This document shows, piece by piece, positions 61,300 to 64,000 of a stretch of 64,000 nt of DNA. The notes below the pieces were generated by a model. It saw only the letters and a list, made by a program, of their open reading frames with translations. It searched no databases and was not told the DNA's origin. The stretch lies in contig NIVC01002411.1 of NCBI GenBank assembly GCA_002269645.1, forward strand, positions 1-64,000. The letters are read 5' to 3'. Origin of the DNA: Macrostomum lignano (Eukaryota). The position numbers were made by a program, and so were the translations under genes. Every line of letters begins with the position of its first letter. Positions within the stretch are counted from its first letter, which is position 1.

Positions 61300-61545
61300 T
61301 GGACAGACAGACAGACACACATACAGACAGACAGACACAGACGGACAGACACCAAGACAAACACTAAGAAAGACATCAAGACAGACACCAAGACAGACAC
61401 TAAGACAGACACCAAGACAGACACAGACAGACACCAAGACAGACACCAAGACAGACACTAAGACAGACACAGACAGGCACCAAGACAGACACCAAGACAG
61501 ACACCAAGACAGACACTAAGACAGACACAGACAGACACTAAGACA
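61065..61545. repeat. (GACA)n microsatellite grading into a 12-bp repeat, RCC1L intron 2
   Basis: Visible. Confidence 0.97.
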
Positions 61546-61584
61546 TTAAGTAATGGCAACAACAATGTAATCGCAATGCGGCAG

Positions 61585-62028
61585 GTGGACCGGCCTATCC
61601 GATTAGATCACGTGATGCACTCAGTTCTATCAGCCAATCAGCAAGTTGACCGGGTGGCCGCGGCCGGCTCAATGTGCGCCCTGCTGACCCGCTGCGGCCG
61701 AGTCTGGGTCTGGGGCTACGGCCGGCTTGGCCTCGGGCCGGACGTCACCCAGCTGGCCGAGCCAAGGCCAATTCCGGACGGTCTGTTCGGCCGGACGCAG
61801 TTGGCTAAAGATGTGCGCATTGTCCAGCTGGACGCGGGCATGTACCATTTTGCCGCAGTCACCAATAGCGGCTCGCTGTACACCTGGGGAGATCAACGGT
61901 CGGGCAGTCTGGGCCTCGGTCACGACGACAACCAGTGCTTCCCGCTGCAGGTGTCCCTGGCCTGCCGGGTGCAGTGGACTCGATGCGGCGTTGATCACAC
62001 TATCATTTGCGGCACCGCATTTGCCTGA
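61585..62028 (+). CDS. RCC1L: RCC1L last exon
   Basis: Phase-0 join TDALQ|VDRP; VWVWGYGRLGLGP, AGMYHFAAVTNSGSLYTWG and CGVDHT...AFA* match the RCC1L C-terminus. Confidence 0.92.
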   Translation: MDRPIRLDHVMHSVLSANQQVDRVAAAGSMCALLTRCGRVWVWGYGRLGLGPDVTQLAEPRPIPDGLFGRTQLAKDVRIVQLDAGMYHFAAVTNSGSLYTWGDQRSGSLGLGHDDNQCFPLQVSLACRVQWTRCGVDHTIICGTAFA

Positions 62029-64000
62029 CCTGCTTGGTTAATGCTTGGCCTTTTGGCTCAGCTTTTGTGTGAATTTGGCAGTTGTGTGAACTCGATTGCA
62101 GTCACACAACTGTCGCTTGTATTGCAACTGGGTTCACGCAACTGTGTTTGCATTGCAACTGGGTTCACACAACTGTCGTATGAAATGCAACTGCGTTCAC
62201 ACAACTGTGTATGCATTGCAACTGAGTTCACACACAGTTTTATGTTGGTGTTCTTACAAAAATTTAGATTTGCTCTGTCAGAAACTACTCGTACTTGCAG
62301 ACCGACTAGACTTGTACAGTCTATACAATTATCAGACCTATAATAATAAAACTGTGAAGTTTGCCCAGAGCCCTGTTATCATGCTGCGCCCAAATCGTCA
62401 GTGTTATCTCGTGCTAGCAAATTCTATTAAAAGCAGCAGTTACCTAATTGCTATTTATGCATTTTGGCGAATTCTGATAAGTTTAGTCCTGTTTGAACTC
62501 ATTTTTTGAAAATAAAATTTCTTACTGGCTAGTTTAAGTAGCAAAGTGAGAATTTTATTTTAAAATAAGTTTCAATTTATTTATATATTTAAATGAGTTC
62601 CGAGTTAAGTTAATTTGCTGTCCCAATTTTTGATGAGGCTAAAATAGCGCAAGCCAAATTTTAATGCAATTATTCAGTTGGTCATGCAAATTTAATTATC
62701 TTAATTGATCAGTGGCGCTAGAATAAAAACTTCCTTGACTTTTAGCAAAGTAAAAAGATTGTGTTCTTTACCTGGGTGGCAACGTACGGCTCTTATCAAT
62801 ATTGAATTATTGATTTGACATTTCTCGTCAATTTAGTTACGATGGGCATATTTTGAGAACGGAAGAAGCCATTTCGTTCTCGTTCAAGTATCTAACACAA
62901 GTAATTCTGCCTTTTTTAGATATTGAAACTTTTTAAGAAAAAGTAAGATAGTAGAATTTCTCCCTTTTATCAGCACTTTCGATAGGGACAGCTGAAGCAG
63001 AGGGCCGCTGCACTCGAAAACCGTGCAGATTTCGCTGCGAACTGCACTGGCGAGGTGGGAAGTTTCCAGTTCTTCAGCACTGAATCCCCAATGCCTCACC
63101 TGCTGGACTCCCGAATTGCAGATTCAGCCAGCAGGTGTTTTGTCCGAGCTGCGCTCACAAGTTTATCAAGCTGCTTTTTCATGAACTGCTGCCGGAGACC
63201 GGCAAGCAAGCAAAGTTGCGGCGAAATTCCAGCCGCTCCTGTCTCTGCAGTGTTTTGTCTGGACGGATTTGTCTATGGCCAAACCCCACTCAGCGCTGTG
63301 CAGAAAAACAAATCATTGGAAGTTCAGTTGAGATATCGGGAGTTCAGTGCTGAAAAACTTCAGCGGCGTTCTACTTGAGTTTTCTGTACAAAGCAAATTA
63401 TAACCAATTTGTTCACCTTTTCTGCATATCCTGACTTTCAGTCGGTTATGTGTCATCACTGTCCCGCTTCTACTCGTAATTACAGGTTCTGGAATTTTTA
63501 ACAAAAGCTTTAAAACAGGAAAAAATCATAGCCTATGTCTAACTCCTACCTCAAATTTTCTTCTGGCTGGGTTTCCTCCAGTTAAGATAACAACCATTTA
63601 TCATGGCGATGATCGCAATGTGTATAATTATTAATATGCGACATGTAAAACAACATCATTTGTGTGCTTTTGCCATGCGAAGTTAGAAAACGGAGACATC
63701 CAAAGCTGAGATCCTATAGAGCAGAGACGGGTTGGGCCATAGACAACACAGATTTCTGACTGAGAAACTCGACTGAGAGATCAGCAAGCCTAGAATTAAG
63801 CATCCAAACTTAGAAAATATGTTTAATCCCCGCTTTGGCCCGGCCAGCTGCCTATCTTCTCTGTGTATTTTCATTTCTTGGACTCCAAGAAATAATTGTC
63901 TATGGCTAAAAAACATTCTTTAAATGAGTTGAGGCTCCCATCAGGCGTTTCTTGGAGGCCAAGAAATAATTGTCTATGGTAGAAACACAAAGATGCTGTT

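Noticed and set aside
58400-61470. ORFs ESTHIHSTG, MCQEGSA and SVCL/TDRQ
   Set aside because: Translations of the 27-bp, 21-bp and (GACA)n repeats.

Overview
Eukaryotic (animal) genomic DNA, not prokaryotic: there are no operons, CRISPR arrays or intact RNA genes. GC-rich exons with polyQ/polyA tracts and introns packed with minisatellites resemble the flatworm Macrostomum (inference only). About a third of the window (~22 kb by my rough sum) is tandem repeat. I can reconstruct six host genes: RABL3 (+, 2 exons); an intronless 591-aa orphan (-); a 766-aa cysteine-containing LRR protein with an N-terminal BC-box-like motif (-, 3 exons); an E78/NR1E-type nuclear receptor (-, 3 exons, 17.3-kb intron); an intronless APAF-1 (CARD/NB-ARC/WD40, +) broken by eight -1 frameshifts that look like long-read errors; and RCC1L/WBSCR16 (+, 3 exons). 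Mobile elements: a 5'-truncated RNase H-bearing LINE with a TSD, a TTAA-flanked foldback element, a decayed Sola2-like transposon, hAT- and MULE-type MITEs, and another foldback region. I found no clear-cut new biological system. The best leads are a minisatellite of RFX X-box-like sites at the LRR gene 5' end, a 28S rRNA fragment mutated at the R2/I-PpoI/Pokey target core, and the repairable APAF-1.
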